This document shows positions 44,091 through 58,602 of a stretch of 64,000 nucleotides of DNA, in pieces. The DNA is from Lama guanicoe (lineage: Eukaryota). Position numbers and translations under genes: made by a program. Position 1 is the stretch's first letter; every line of letters starts with the position of its first letter. The stretch covers positions 6,165,001 through 6,229,000 of the forward strand of contig MU057332.1 in assembly GCA_013239625.1 (NCBI GenBank), written 5' to 3'. The notes under the pieces are model-generated. The model saw nothing but the letters and a program-made list of their open reading frames with translations. It did not search any database and was not told the DNA's origin.

Positions 44091-46164
44091 CAAAAATTGT
44101 AAGAAAGAAAAGAAAAGAAGGAAGAAAGGATAAACAGAAAGATGGAAAGAAGAAAGAAAGGGAGAAGGAAAGAAAGAAAAAATCCATGGCTGCTAAACCT
44201 GTTTGAAGATATACATCTTCACACGTGGCTGAATGGACCAGGAAGTTGAAATCCGTTTGTCGAGGGAACTATGTCACCAATCTGGCTGTAGCTGGAGTTG
44301 GATTTAGCTAAAGCAGGAGCCCTACACAGAGGTTAATGCAAAACTTGGCTTGTCCACTGGAACTTTGAGAGCTGTGTAATTCCACAGTGTCTTGCCATGT
44401 GGCCAAGGTGATTAAAGAGCCTTCCACAGTGATGGATCAGGGTCAAGAATGTACAGTTTATGAGAATCAGTTCTGGCTGGGCAAAATGCAACATGACCTG
44501 GGGCACACTCAGACCTGGGTGTGTGTGTGCACACGGGTGCAGTGTATGTGTGTGCACGAGTGCACATGGAGGGCACAGGAATCAACACAGTAATAGAACT
44601 GTTCCTAGGGTGCTTAATATATTTTAAAAAACTTATTCATTCAATCACATTTCCATTCTATACGACCTCCCAATGGAACTTTTAATAGTCTGGAAAAAAC
44701 CAGAGATGTAATCAGTCCTATTGTTTAGAAATATAGTTTCCATCTTTGTAAAAGGACCCAAAAGCTATATAGCTTTGGGAGCTGGGAAAGGGAATTTGTC
44801 TGGCGGAAGATCCCAGCTTGGCATTTGGCTCCATGTTCTGGGAACAAAGAGGGGTGGCAGGAAGGAAGGGGCCCCTTCCACCCAATCAGGGCTTCCGTCA
44901 CAGCCCTGTGGGGACCATGGCCTCCATCCCTGCTGAAAAGACACACCAGGAAATGGCATCCGAGGTTAGAACAGTGGCCCTCGGCTCAGGTAAACACAGG
45001 GTGGGGGCCCTGAGGAAGCAAATTGGGCAGACTATTTTTAATAGAAGAACAGAAAAAATAAAAATGCTTTAGTTTCTTCCCAGAGCCAAGTTTCCAATTA
45101 CATGAGCTTTAAACAAGATGTGTGTCAACAAAAGGATGCAAGATAAGGGAGGAGAGTGAGACTGAGGCCATGTTCTTCCTGCTCATGCCCCGAGTGCTGT
45201 TCTTGGGGTGGGCAAGGCCACCTGGCTTCTTCTCGGACCTCTCCTCTTTGGTGGGGCACCGGCCTGCCCCTCCCAGAGCTAGTAGCATGGTTCCACACCA
45301 AGGCATTCACACCCCTACCCCACCACTTACTGTGTGGGTTTGTTTGTGTAACACGGGCCTCTCTCCCCAGTTCCCCCAGGTATCAGGTCCATCTTTGTGT
45401 CCCTCTAGCACTTGGTTGATTGTCCAGCACAGACTGTCCAGACAGGCACTGAGAGAGGCTGGCAGTGCCCCTTAACTGCCCATCCTGTCCCCAGGCTCCA
45501 TCCTCTGTGATCCAGCCCTGAAATGAACCCCACCCCTTCTTAGAACTCAGATAATTGCCCAAACTGAGTCCCTAATTACTTCTAGAGTAAAGGTTTACAG
45601 AGTCTTCATGACTAGCTCCAGCATACCTCTTCAGCCTTTTCTGAATTTTACTAAACTACCCTCCACACCCCAGGAACCACACTGTGCTCTTTGCAGTTTC
45701 CCCAAAGCCCCCTGCAGCTTCCTGCCTCTGCACCTTTTGCCTGGAATGCCTTCCCTCCTTTCCCTCTCCAACTACCCACCCCTTTGGTTCAGTTCCCCCC
45801 AGGAAGTCTTCCCCAGCCCAGTGGAGCTAAACCTCCCCGCCTCCTGAGAGGGTCTGTTCTCTGCCACGGCCAGTCTCCTAGACGAGACTCGAAGCAGCCT
45901 GAGAGCAGGGCCAAGTTGTTATCACGTTTGGAACCCAAAAGCCCATTGTAGAATGCTTTACACTATCTAATCAGGTTCCCTTGTGATATATTCTTCCAGC
46001 ACCAGTGATTCTTCTTTTGCGCACTTATACTCTATAAGGATACATTTATTTGGTGATAATAGGACAGAAATTCTGAGGGCAAACTCCACCTCCACCCTTT
46101 ATTCCGTTCACCACTGTACATCTAGGATCTCACTGAACATAAGAGGTGGTCAATAAATTTGGTT

Positions 46165-46755
46165 TACTCCTCAAAAAACTAAAAATAAAACTATTGTATG
46201 ATCCAGAAACACCACTCCTGGGTATTTATCCAAAAAAATTTAGATCAGGATCTAGAAAGAAAATCAGCACTCCTGTGTTCACTGCAACGTGATCCACAGT
46301 AGCCCAGATGTGGGAACAACCTAGATGTCCATTGGCAGATGAATGAATAAGGAAAACATGGTTTACGCACACACTGGAATATTACTCAGGCTTAAAGAAG
46401 GAAATTCTGTACCATGTGACAACCTGGGTGAACCTTGAGGACATTAGGCTAAGTGAAATAAGCCAGCTGCAGAAGGGCGAATACTACATGAGTCCGCTTA
46501 CATGAGCAATCTAAAATAGTTAAACTCAGAATCACAGCATGGAAAGGTGGTAGCCAGGGGCCGAGGAGAGGGGGAAATGGGGAGCTGCTAATCAATGGGC
46601 ATAGAGCCCCAGTTACACAAGGTGAATAAGTTCTAGAAATCCACGTACAACACTGTGCCTATAGTGAACAGTACTGTATTGTACACTCAGTTATTTAAAA
46701 GGGTAGATCATATGTGCGTGTTAAGTGTCCTTACCACAATGAAAGAAAAGAAAAG
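46165..46755 (+). mobile_element. LINE-1 (ORF2 end + 3' UTR)
   Basis: tatgatccag...ccactcctgggtatttatccaaaa...gaaccttgaggacattaggctaagtgaaataagcc...ttaccacaat. Confidence 0.85.
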
Positions 46756-47119
46756 TTGGCTTAATGAAGCAAATTGACTTGAACAAGAGGTACATTTTTT
46801 TTCTTGATTTTTAGCAAGTTAGAGGGTTTAGCTGCTTAAATAGTGTTGTGAGTTTCTTTGAAAAAAGGGCTGTTGCTAATTACAGGAAGCACAAATCATC
46901 TCAAAATAAACATCAAATACCTGGGTTCACTCAGGTGTTAAATACATATTTTCAAAAATAGTCACTTCAGCTAACAATAACAGCTGCTTCAGTTAAACAT
47001 GGGCAAGGAGTCCTTGTATTGTTTCCAGGCTGAGTTTACTTTGTAACTGGAAAAGGCTGTTCCTGAAAATGTAGTGGGGTTGGAAGCAGAATGACAGCTA
47101 AAAATAAAGAATTGTAACA

Positions 47120-47370
47120 AATATTTACTGAGCTCTCTCAACATCCCTGCACTGCCCAGAGAGCTTTCCATCAATACAGCCTCCTGGAATCCTCATAATA
47201 ACCCCATGAAGCAGGTACTGTTATTGGCCCCCTTTTATAGGTGAGGCTACAGAGACTCAGAGAGGTTAAATAACTTACCCAAGGTCACAGGGCTATTTCC
47301 CTGGGGAGCCAGGATTCAAGCCCAGGGACACTAATCTCAGAGCCTGCAATTTCACCCACTGCACTGCCCC
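47120..47370 (-). mobile_element. MIR
   Basis: aatcctcataataaccccatgaagcaggtactgttatt...ctcagagaggttaaataacttacccaaggtcacag. Confidence 0.8.
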
Positions 47371-49719
47371 ATACATACGTTGGGAATGGTGGGATTAGAG
47401 GTGAGTGTTATTTTCTCCTTTATTTTTGTAGTAAGAAAAAAATAAGCATGTGAAAGATGATGGGACCACGTGTGACTGGGCTAGCAGCATTACTAAGGAG
47501 GCTGCTTCTCCCCTGTCATGTTTACAGCTAGGGTCTGAATTTCTAGCGCTATCTGGTCTACCACCACCTCAAGAAACCCCTAAGGGTGAAGTGTCGTCTT
47601 TGCAACTACACGATGCCCTGGGAGAAGGGGGTCCCCTTCAGCTGTGCTGGCAGAGCCGGCAGTGAGCTGGAGTGAAAGGAGCACGGACACTGCTCCTGCC
47701 GCCTCTGAACCTGTCCTCCTCCCCCTCCCAGCGGACCACATGCACGGGTTGGGTGGGTGGGCTGAGAGTGGGGAGGGGCTGATACTACACCTCTCCTTGG
47801 ATCCAAAAAGACTGCCAGAGAGGACAAACACCTTGGTCTCCACATCTGCACAGAAGTCACCTCTTTTTGCAGAAGTCCCAGGTGTGTTTGCCTCAAAGTT
47901 TTCAGATGGTAGTGTTGCCTCATGAAGAACATAATTGGCTACAAGAAAATCCCTGCGGTTACAGAGTTCCCTGCCTCACTGTGCCTGGCTGGAGGTGTGG
48001 CCAGTGGGCAGGCGACAATTTTAATTAAACCAAGGACCGAACCGGTCCTGGGATGGGCTTGCTGTTGTTTATCTTCTGTCTCCTCTCCCGACTCCTTCTT
48101 CCTGTGGAATTTAGTCCAAGACCTTGTGAATTAATTTTTCTGTGCCTGTTTCCTCCTAAAATAAACAAGCTAGCCTCATAACCTGTCTCTCCTTCCTCCA
48201 GGGGATGTTGTAAAGATAAGGATGGGGCAGATGGGACCACATGGCCCGGAGGCCCACGACACCATGCACAGACAGGGACCAGAGAAAGGCTCTCCTCGAA
48301 TATTCAGCGCAGTGAACCAGCTGCTTCAGGTCATGTGACCAAGTCAAAGAGAAAAGTGGGCTTCATATTTAATTTTCCATTTCAGATTAAAAATTAGGTT
48401 AAGAAGCAGGTCTGAGCCTTAGAAAATGACAGCAACAGTACATAGCATTTCAGGCTCTTTGCTGGAGAGAGAAGTTGGTGAAAGTCTACCATGAAAAACC
48501 TACATGTCCTGGAGCCTGGCTCAGACACCTGACTTTGCCTGATCTCAGTTTCCACTTTTATCAGAGGGGAAAGGTGATCAGTATGGATTCCTTCAAATCT
48601 TAAGGTTATATTTGGGGGTTCTGAATATTAAGCTTTTCTGAAATAAAAAAATCAAATTCCCAGGAAAATCTATTTAATGCCTGTAGAGAAGATATCGTCT
48701 AGTTCCAGTACCAGCATAAGAATATAAAACCATTTGGATGGTTACAGGAATACTCAGTGATTAACTCTAAGTGACAAGACTAACAGGTGACACGTTTCAT
48801 TTTATATACTTGTTCCACTGGACTCCTGTGCTACGGCACTGTGGGCCGATGCGAAGGTCCCTGCATGTTGCCAGAGGGGTACTTAGTTGCCCTGCAAGAT
48901 TAATTTCCTTGTCATCCAATTCTAAACACCTCTCTGTTGAAAGAAATTACCAGAGGAAAAGACAGAATTTGAGACTTTCCAGGATGCTGAAGAGGTCATT
49001 ACATTCAACCGTCTAACACTACAGTTAATAGAATCCAGGAATCAAGTGTCACTCACATAGAAATAGCCCCTTCCTCATTTTCAAGTGGGCTTTGTGTACC
49101 TCGAGCAAGAAGGTTTCATACAATATGGCTATAAATCAGGCAGAGGCAGTTTGTACTTGTATGGAATTTTCTTGAGGCAAAATGCCAATGGTATATAGAT
49201 TCCACTCAGGCGTGGAGACCAAATATTTACAAACAAGGCCTCAGCTCTGGCAATGCATCTTGTCATTTTGTGGTTCAGAAGGGCAAAAAGACAATGTCTC
49301 TTCAAGCCATGCTTTTCTAAAGAGAAATGTTAAACCCAGAGGGTGACAACTTCGGATCAACAAATGGCGTGCAAGTGTCCTCTGACCTTGACCCCCCCTC
49401 CTCCGGCCCTGCTCTGTTCCTCCATTTAAATATTCTCAGAGTTGAGTGAGTGTCTAAGCATTTGGATAACAGTCAGTCATGAAGACCAGCTCCAGCAACG
49501 AAGTTATCAGTTAACTGACTCCGAAAGCCAAACCATTACTCAGAGAGGGTTATCTCTGGGTTTATGTCCCAGATAGAAAGACAGATCAAGTCAGCAGGGA
49601 ACATATGAGTCCACACTGGGTTCTTTATTTAAAAAAAAATTCACTTATTTTATTAAATAAAAGTCCATGTAGTTACCAACAGTAATTCAAAATGGTCAAA
49701 TACCAAGGGATAGCTTTGA

Positions 49720-50220
49720 AAAGATCTGTAAATTTGAAAAGATGCTCAACCACACAAATAATGAGAAATGAAATTAGTATTATAATGAGATGCCATTCAC
49801 CGATCAGATAATGCAAAGATAAAGCAAAGATTAAAAAAAAATTAGTAAAGCCCCAAACTGGGGAGGATGTGTGGAAACAGGCCCTTCTGCATTGCCGGTG
49901 GGAATGTCAACAGGTACATCTTCTAGAGAGGGCATTTTTGCATCAGCTAACACGGTAAAAAGATCACAGTTCCTTTTGATTCGCCAATGCCACTAGCAGG
50001 AGTATATCTTATATTACTATGCAAACTGCATATACTTGCATTGCACCTGCAAAACCTGCACTGTATATTCTCCATGGCACCAACAGTGAAAGATTAGAAA
50101 CAGCCTGAATGTCATCCATCAGAAAGACACCAGCTATTAATTTCGGGGCACATCCATATGATGGAATAGGAAGGAGACAGCTCTGAAGTCCCAACAGATG
50201 CCCTCCAAGACTTACTAAGA
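49720..50220 (+). mobile_element. very old LINE-1 (L1ME-like) fragment
   Basis: tgaaaagatgctcaacc...gaggatgtgtggaaacagg...cattgccggtgggaatgt. Confidence 0.65.
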
Positions 50221-53200
50221 GGAAAAAGTCTTGGTGTGGAGCCGGGAGCCGAGGACCCTCCCACTCAGAGGAAGCCCGTGAGACTGCTGATGGGGTTTGT
50301 TCTGGGAGAGGAACTGGGGGATGTGGGTGGGACAGATATTCCTCATTATCTCATTTTTCATCCCAAGAATGTACACACATCCACACAAAACAGCAGTACT
50401 TCTCAAGAGTACTTCAGAAGGGCGAAATGCTGAATAAATGGTCTGACTTATGCTTTGCATTGTGATTCGGATTCAAACAGGAGGTGGTTTTGAGAAAGAG
50501 ACTGAAAGAATCCAGGCAAATGGGAGTTTCTAGAGGAAACTGCATCACGGAACATGTGAGAAATACCCCTAGGTACCAGAAAGAGGATTATGGAAAAAGA
50601 AGTGGAAGATTGACAAGAGACGAGGCCCTCGCCACAAGAGAACACCCGCTCTGGGTCGTTCTCTGTGCCAGGTTCCCTGAAAGCCATTCTGTGGCTGCGT
50701 TCTCCGGGTATTCTTTCCACAGCTCTATGTCAAGTCCAAAGACTTCCCTTCCCCGTCCCCCTCCTGTTTTGGAGTCCTGGAAGAGCAAGGTCCCTGTCTG
50801 AGTCCCAGGGCTCGAGCACCATCCACTCTCTGGGGGACTCTGGAGCACTCGGCCGGGCTGACCCTGCGATCCTGGTCAGTCTTATCTGGCACCACCTTCG
50901 TTCCATGAAACAAACAAGACCACCGTCACCAACTCTGCAACACGATTCAATGCCAGATGGCTTATACATGTTACGTTATTTTACCTTCAAACAAGCTGGT
51001 GGAGGCGGTGTGTGGGAGATTCCCACACTTTATAAAAGTACAAACTGAAGCTCAGAGGGTCTGACAGTGAAGTGGGGGCACTGGGATTTGAGCTCAGGTC
51101 AGCCTCCTTCAGGGCCCACAGCACTGGAAAATAAAGGTGTCCTGGAAGCACCACTATTTTCAGCATGTGTCTACGTCCACCGGCTGGAGACACCTAGCTG
51201 CCCGCACCCGTGCCTGAACCTGATCCCCACCAGCTCCGGGTCCTCTCATTGTGCTTCAGAGCTAATGCCAATGGAGCACTTGGTATGTACATAGTTATCC
51301 AGATCTAACTCTTTGAGAGAAAGTACTTTTCTTCTCATTTTATAAAGAAGCAAACTAAGGCTCTCAGAGGAGGAATAACTTGCCCAGGGCACCCAGCTGG
51401 TCAGTGCATGAGCCAGGAAAATGGAAAAAGTCCCAGGCCAGCGTTTCTCAGCACAATACTGCTCCTCGCCTGCCGAGAACCCTGCATATACAATCTCTCA
51501 CTCTCACCCTCCAGTCTGGGGGTCCCCCCGTGAGTGCACAGGGGTTGCGGGGAGAGGGCTCTTGCCACACATAACAGCAGGGATGGTGGTTGTATAACAA
51601 GGATGTCCCCACTATAGCAGTGAAGTCATTAAACGCCTGAGAATGTAAATAAGTCTTCAAAAAAAATTCTATTTTTTAAAGAGGCTCCTAAAAATCTTAA
51701 CTTTCAGAGAAGTCTCAAATGGTTTGGGGGTGCACCTAGATGCGGTGAAGGCACAGATGGGGGACGGCAGCACCAGGCAAGGAGTTCCTGGCAGATGCTT
51801 GTAAGGCTAAGGCAGTCAGGTCACCCGGTTACCTGGTGACGATGGTGGGGTGAAGTTTCCCTGCTCCCTGTCAAAGCCCCCGCCTGGAAGGATGCTGGGT
51901 AGTCACAGAGCCCAGCCCAGTACTGGGCTGCCCCTCGCCCCACCCAAAGACCACCCCCACCACTTACATCCTCCAACCTGTTCTCTGAGAGGGCAGCATT
52001 CACACTGGTGAAACGGAACATGGGACACAGCTCAAGTCCATTTTGGTAGGTTTTCCAAGTTTGTGATCATCTTTTCTTTCATTTGGTGTCGGGGTGGGAG
52101 AGCACACAGGAGGGGACAGGCTTGGTGCTACCCCAGATTCCTCAAAGTGGGGACACCCTGCACCAGAACCCTGACAGGCAGCTTCTGGGTCCCACTCCAC
52201 ATCCCCCAAATTGTGCTCGAGGCCAGGGAACAGCATATTAACAGCTCCCTGGAGCCTAAGACTCGTGGCTCTAGGCTTCAGTGCCTCATTCACAGGGCAG
52301 AAGGGAGTGGAGGGGAGAGGGGACCTGAGAACAGGTAGGACAGAAGGAAAAATGACAACAACCTGGCATCAAGGGAAGAGAAAACCAACCAAGCAGACGA
52401 ATGCAAGGAAACAGTGGCAGAGCCAGGGCTGGATCTGTGACTGCCCAGGATGGGAACACCTGGATGTTCACAGAGATCATTCTGGGTAAGGAGATGGTTA
52501 ATAAAGATAATCCTGTTCTTCTCACAATAAACCTGGTGTGCTTCCCTAAAGCCAACGGCTCCTACCAGCAGGCCCTCCGGACCCCACTGCCTACCACTTC
52601 CCAGCCTCCAGCCTTCCCTGAACCTGCCAGCTCTTACCTTCCCTCGGGTCTTTGCCTGCAATGCCCTTCCCTCAACTCCCTGCCAGGCTGTCCCTTCATC
52701 CTGTGGGTCTGAGCCTAAAGTCACCTCCTCACAGAGACCTCCCCTCACTACCCACCTAAAGTAGGGCCGCCCCTGCTGGGGCACTCCGCTTGTTTCCTTC
52801 AAGTCTTCGTTTCAACCTCATTTGTTTTGTATTTTAGCTCATCCGTCTACTCGTCCCCTGCCCCACCTCACCCCAGTGCTCCAAGAAGGCAACAACAGGG
52901 TCTATCCGGGTGCTGTTAACACCAGAGTGCCTGGTACCTGACACGTGGTAAGTGCTTAAGCGAGGGACCAGGAGGACTAGCAGAGCGTGGTGTAGGGCAG
53001 GCCTTCAACGTAAGGAAACCTCTTCCCCTTTCTACTATCCTTTGAATGAGAATGCAGGCTGGTGTGTACTACCTTTCCCAAAGATTGCTATCAAAAATCG
53101 CTAAAGGAAAAAACCCAGGAGGTAGGAGAAAAGTGTCAATTACATGGAAACTTACCCCATGTGGTATCCTTCCCCAGTGCTGTCTTCTCAGTGAGAGAGA

Positions 53201-53364
53201 GTGTGTGTGCATGTGAGTGTGCAAGAGAGACAGACAGACAGACAGACAGGGTCGGGGTGTTTCCCTGGTTTGTCTCCTTGTGTCTTGGGGTTAACAGCAC
53301 CTGCTCTGGAATCAGGCTGTCTGGTTTGAATCCCACTCAGCCTCTTACTAGCTGCTTTGGTTAT

Positions 53365-53900
53365 CAGTTACCTTAAGACTTAGTGGCTTAAACAACAACT
53401 TATTATTTTCTCTGGTCTGAGGGTTGACTTGGCTCAATTGGGTGGGTCTTGACTGGGGTCTGTCATGAGGTGCAAGTCAAAAGGCAGTTGAAGCTGGAAC
53501 CACTGAAGGCTCAACTGATCTGACTGCCCACAGTGGCTTCACTCATGTCTCAGCTGGGGTAGCTGGACCAGCCGGAGCCTCCTGGCCACTCCATTGACGA
53601 GCTTGGGCTTCCCTCACAATACGGTGGGCTTGGGGTAGTTAGACTTTTTAGCTGGCAGTTGGCTTTCCCAGAGAAAACATGCCAAGAGATCCAGGTAGAA
53701 CCTTTAGGGTTTCTTATGACTTAGACTTGGAAAGTCATAAAGCATCACTTCTGCTGAATTCTACTGATCAAAAAGTGAGCTGGAAGGTCATCGCAGATTC
53801 AAGGGGAGGAGACAGCACCAGGGCTTAAGTACTGGGAGGCACATTTCATGGTGTTGGCAGTGGCAGGACGAAAAGTTGTCTTTTGAGACTAGCTAACACA
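53365..53900. mobile_element. MLT1 LTR, apparently inserted into a MIR (halves at ~53290-53355 and ~53915-54060)
   Basis: ttaccttaagacttagtggcttaaacaacaac...catcacttctgctgaattctactgatc; MIR-like sequence on both sides. Confidence 0.65.
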
Positions 53901-55124
53901 CCTGCTATAGGACTCTGGACTTAATCTCTTTGTGCCTCAGTCTTTTCTCCTATAGAATGGGGTAAGAGTTCCTACGTCGCAGAGCTTTTGCGAGGAGCAA
54001 ATGAGTCAATAATACATGGGAGATACTTAATGCACTGTGTAAATATCAGTTGTTGTTATCATCATCCAAAAAAGTAAAGAGCAAGCCTTTTCTGTGATTA
54101 ATCTCTGTATCCCAATGTTTGTGAAATGTTTTATGATTATGAGCTGCTCTCTATGGAAAGTAAGAGAACTACCTTTGTCTCTACTAAAAAATTTTGTATT
54201 CATTTAAAAATCTAGTTAGGTTTAAAGTTTGGGTAGAAGCAGTCATTTCTCATGATCAAGTATGGATTTTAAGTATTAACAAAAACTAAGAATAGCTTTC
54301 AGGGCTCAGCAAATGCCATTCTGAGTCATGGTGATGACGTGCTCACATTAGAGGCAGAAGCAGCCACTCTCGTGGTGTGGAATTTCCCGTGGCACCGGCG
54401 GAAAAGGAGCCATGAATGTGTTTGTCAGCAAACTTCCTCGAAACAAAAAGAAACCCGGATTTCCTGCTGGAGGCCCAAGAAGCAAGTGAGGTCCAGGACC
54501 TCGCAACCCAACCTCAGCCTGGCTTAGCTCTGGCCAGAAAACAGGATCTGCCAACAAGTTATCAGAGGCTGGCCTCAGGCCCTGGGGGTGCACACTTTTT
54601 TGTTGTTGCCAAACTCAAATAAAGCTCAGAGACAAGTCATTGAGCTCAAGCTCTAAATATAAAAATGGCTTCATGATCTTAGACTCTGTAGAACAGAACC
54701 TATGGTGTGGACAAATGTTCCACAGAATTCTTACAGAATTCTCTACCATGTCATCTTCTACCTTATACCCCTCAGTTTTTCATGCAGCCTTCAGGACAAA
54801 ACCCAGACTCCTGACATGTGTGCCCACCTGTCGCATACTCATGTCCCAGCCACGTGCACAACTTGCATTCCTCCTGAGGGCCCTGAGATCACACATCTTC
54901 CCATCCTCGCACACCTCTTTTTGCTGCCTGGGAGGGAACAACAATAGTAAGGGAAGCCAGGCTGTCTTTCCCTCGACTGTGCAGCAGACAGGTGCTGTGG
55001 TAAGAGCACCGTACTGTCACCTCACTTTATCCTCACCCCAGCCTATGAGGCCCTGACCTTGCTGGCTGATGAACTCATCCATTCACCTGGAGTCTCTGAT
55101 CAAGAAGAGCTGCTTCATAACGTT

Positions 55125-56440
55125 AGACATACAGATCAATGAAACAGAATTGACAGACAGAAAGAAACCTCCATGTTTATAGCCAACTGATTGTCAATAA
55201 GGGCGCCAAGACAATTCCACAGGGAAAGTATTGTCTTTTCATCAAATGGTCCTGGGACAACTAGATATACACATGCAAAAAAAAAATATCAAGTTGGACC
55301 CGGATCTCACACCATATACAACAATTAACTTAAAATGGATCAACGACCTAAACATGAGTGCTAAAATTATAAACTTCTTAGTAGAATATAGGAGTGAATT
55401 TTCATGAGCTTGGGTTAGGGCAAAAGCACAAGTAGCAAAAATTAAAATAGCTAAATTAGATTTCATTAAAATAAAAAACTCTAATGCTTCAGATGATACC
55501 ATAAAGAAAGTGAAAAGAAAATGAGACAAATATTTGCAAGTTATATGTTTGACTAGTACATAGGGCATATGAAGAATGTTAAAACTCAACAATTAGAAGA
55601 CAAATAATCCAATTAAAAATGGACAAGGGCTCTGTATATACCTTTCTCCAAAGAAGATACAGAANNNNNNNNNNNNNNNNNNNNNNNNNNNNNNNNNNNN
55701 NNNNNNNNNNNNNNNNNNNNNNNNNNNNNNNNNNNNNNNNNNNNNNNNNNNNNNNNNNNNNNNNNNNNNNNNNNNNNNNNNNNNNNNNNNNNNNNNNNNN
55801 NNNNNNNNNNNNNNNNNNNNNNNNNNNNNNNNNNNNNNNNNNNNNNNNNNNNNNNNNNNNNNNNNNNNNNNNNNNNNNNNNNNNNNNNNNNNNNNNNNNN
55901 NNNNNNNNNNNNNNNNNNNNNNNNNNNNNNNNNNNNNNNNNNNNNNNNNNNNNNNNNNNTTTCACTAAAACTCACACATGAATGATCATAGCAGCATTAC
56001 TTAAATTAGCAAAAACAAAACAAAACAAAACCCAACAACAACAACAAAAAACAAACCCAAAACCCAAATGTCCATCAACTCATGAATGAATAAAATATAG
56101 TAAAGCCATACAATGGAATGCTATTTAACCATAGAAGTGAATGAAGCCCTGACACCTGCTTTGACACAGACANNNNNNNNNNNNNNNNNNNNNNNNNNNN
56201 NNNNNNNNNNNNNNNNNNNNNNNNNNNNNNNNNNNNNNNNNNNNNNNNNNNNNNNNNNNNNNNNNNNNNNNNNNNNNNNNNNNNNNNNNNNNNNNNNNNN
56301 NNNNNNNNNNNNNNNNGAATGGGTAGTGATTGCTAATCAGGACAAGGTTTCTTTTGGGGGTGATGAAAATGTTCTAAAATTGACTGTAGTGATGGTTGCA
56401 CAACTCTGTAAACATATCAAAAACCCAATGAGTAGTTTCA
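55125..56440 (+). mobile_element. LINE-1 ORF2 3' region and 3' UTR relic (two N masks inside)
   Basis: agacatacagatcaatgaaacagaattg...gggcgccaagacaattc...ctcacaccatatacaacaattaacttaaaatggatc; degenerate, with stops. Confidence 0.88.
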
Positions 56441-57129
56441 AAAGAGAGAGAAAATATAAATTTTTATGAAAGGGAAGAAGAGCCCCTTCTAGAAGCAGCT
56501 TCACTGACAGCCCACCTCCCCTCCCCAACTTCTTGACCTGAATTCCATGTTAATGCACGAGGTCCGAGTGGATTGTTTACAAGTCCATCTATCCTGGCAT
56601 CCAGGACAGTGCTTGATGCTGGGTAGGTAATCAGTATAAATGTGTGTTGAACGAGTAGTCTCTAGTGTGCCCCTAACATTACCTATTGCATCTTTACCCT
56701 ATCACTTCTCCAATAAAGGAATGCCAAAAAGATCACACACACACACAAAATAGCTCTCCATTATTTAAAATTCTTTTTCCATCAAATATTTTTAAATGAG
56801 ATGATCAGTTAGTGTTGTCCGTTTTCTGCTTCCAGAGAGATAAATGATTTCAAAATTTAAAGTTAATCATCCACATAATGGTCCAGATATGTGGGTAAAA
56901 GATAGAAACACTTAGCCAAAAATAGCATATTCAGCCCCCGAACAACAAATTTCATGTTGCAAATAACCTGACAAAAATTTTCCCTGCTCTTAGACACAAG
57001 ATGTTAAGAGGCAAGAAACCAACATCAACCAATACAAAGACCGATTAAATCAGCCTTTGAAAACTCTTTGGCCTTCAACAGTAACAACAACATGATGAAT
57101 AAAATCATCATGAGATGATAAAAGAAATA

Positions 57130-57340
57130 AAAACAGCTAACATTTAGTGAGCACTTACTATGTACTAGGATGGGTATTATTTTCTGATTTCTAGGTATTA
57201 ACTCATTTACAACATGATGTGGTAGTTACTATTATTACCCTGTTTCACAGAGATTAACCACATCTCAAAGCTGCACGGCTGGTAAATGGCGAAGCTGAAC
57301 TGGAACCCAGGAGGTCCAATTCCACTGTCCACACACTTCC
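57130..57340 (-). mobile_element. MIR
   Basis: agctaacatttagtgagcacttactatgt...ctggtaaatggcgaagctgaactggaacccagg. Confidence 0.7.
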
Positions 57341-58024
57341 CTCCACACGACACAGGACAGCCTACAGGGACTTGATTGGACCTAGGACAGCAATTTGTTT
57401 GATTCTTGGTTTACAGACTGAATAGTGTAGGTTATAGAAAAGACCTCAGGAAAAAAACATGAATATGCTGGAACTGAAATCCACATGTGAATATCTGGTA
57501 TTTGAATGTCTATTGTTTTATTTTTCTTTTATATATCAGGAGGAAAATTTCTGAATAGACAATGTAGTCAGCCCAAATTTGCAAAACCTTGACCTGCCCC
57601 ACTCTCCGAGGCTGGCTCCTTCTGAACTTTCAGCCGCAGGCTCCCCACCTTCCAAGACTGTAACCCTCCCACCTCACCCTCTTCTCACTGAGCTCAGTGC
57701 CTCATCTGGTACTCACCACTCCTTACAACGATTTTATTTATTTGTTCACCTGTTTTTCTTGTCAAACACTCCCATTAGAATGTAAATCCCATAAAGGCAC
57801 TGATCGTGTCTGTCTTTTTGCCTAGCGTTTGCTGAACAAGTAATAACTCTCTACGTAGGGGACACCTTTCTTTTAGAACAACTTGGTGCACCAGTCACTG
57901 GCAGGATGGGCACACTAGGCTGCAGCAACTCCAGGGCAGGGCGGCACCTTGATCCTCTTTACTGTCCCAGGTCCCAGCTCGGTGCCTGGCACACGGGAGC
58001 TCAGTGCATCGGGACAGAGCTTGC

Positions 58025-58250
58025 TCACTGATAAACTGCTGTCAACCTGGAGGGCGGTCTCTATTGGGATACCTCAAGGTTCCACCTTGGGTCCTGTCTA
58101 CTCAACTTCTGGATCCAAGGGCAAGGGTCTAAGGACACGCTGATGAAGCCGGGGGATGCCTTAATGCTGGGAGGAGCCACAGATGACAGGGAGAGGAGCT
58201 GAGAGAGCTCGCACAGTTTTAAGGTCAAACCCAAGAAACAAAACAAAAAA
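58025..58250 (+). mobile_element. CR1/L3 LINE reverse-transcriptase fossil
   Basis: Translates as STWRAVSIGIPQGSTLGP, matching the CR1-clade RT motif W..V.SGVPQGS.LGP. Confidence 0.75.
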
Positions 58251-58264
58251 AATCAAGAAACTCC

Positions 58265-58602
58265 AGTATGAGGGAGGGGAAATTAGATGAAGGCAGTCAA
58301 AAGGCACCAACTTCCAGTTAAAAGATAAATAAGCACTGGGGGTGTAATGTATCACACTACATATAATTCACATTGCTGTATGTTATAAACGAAAGCTAAG
58401 AAAGTAAATCCTAAGAGTCCTCACCACAAGGAAAATTTTTTTCCTATTTCTTTGATGTTGTATCTGTAGGAGATGATGGATGTTCACTACACCTATGGTG
58501 GTCATCTCTTTATAATGTAAGTCAGTTCATTATGCTACACACCTTAAGCTCATACAGTGCCGTATGTCAATTATATCTCAATAAAACTGGGAAAAAAAAA
58601 AA
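58265..58602 (+). mobile_element. LINE-1 3' end with A tail
   Basis: caacttccagtta...gtaaatcctaagagtcctcaccacaagg...tgtcaattatatctcaataaaactgggaaaaaaaaaaa. Confidence 0.82.

Noticed and set aside
52765-52780. CTCF site ccgcccctgctgg
   Set aside because: One G short of the core spacing and inside an L2-like relic.
55242-56469. ORFs spanning poly-X runs
   Set aside because: Artefacts of N masks within a degenerate L1.
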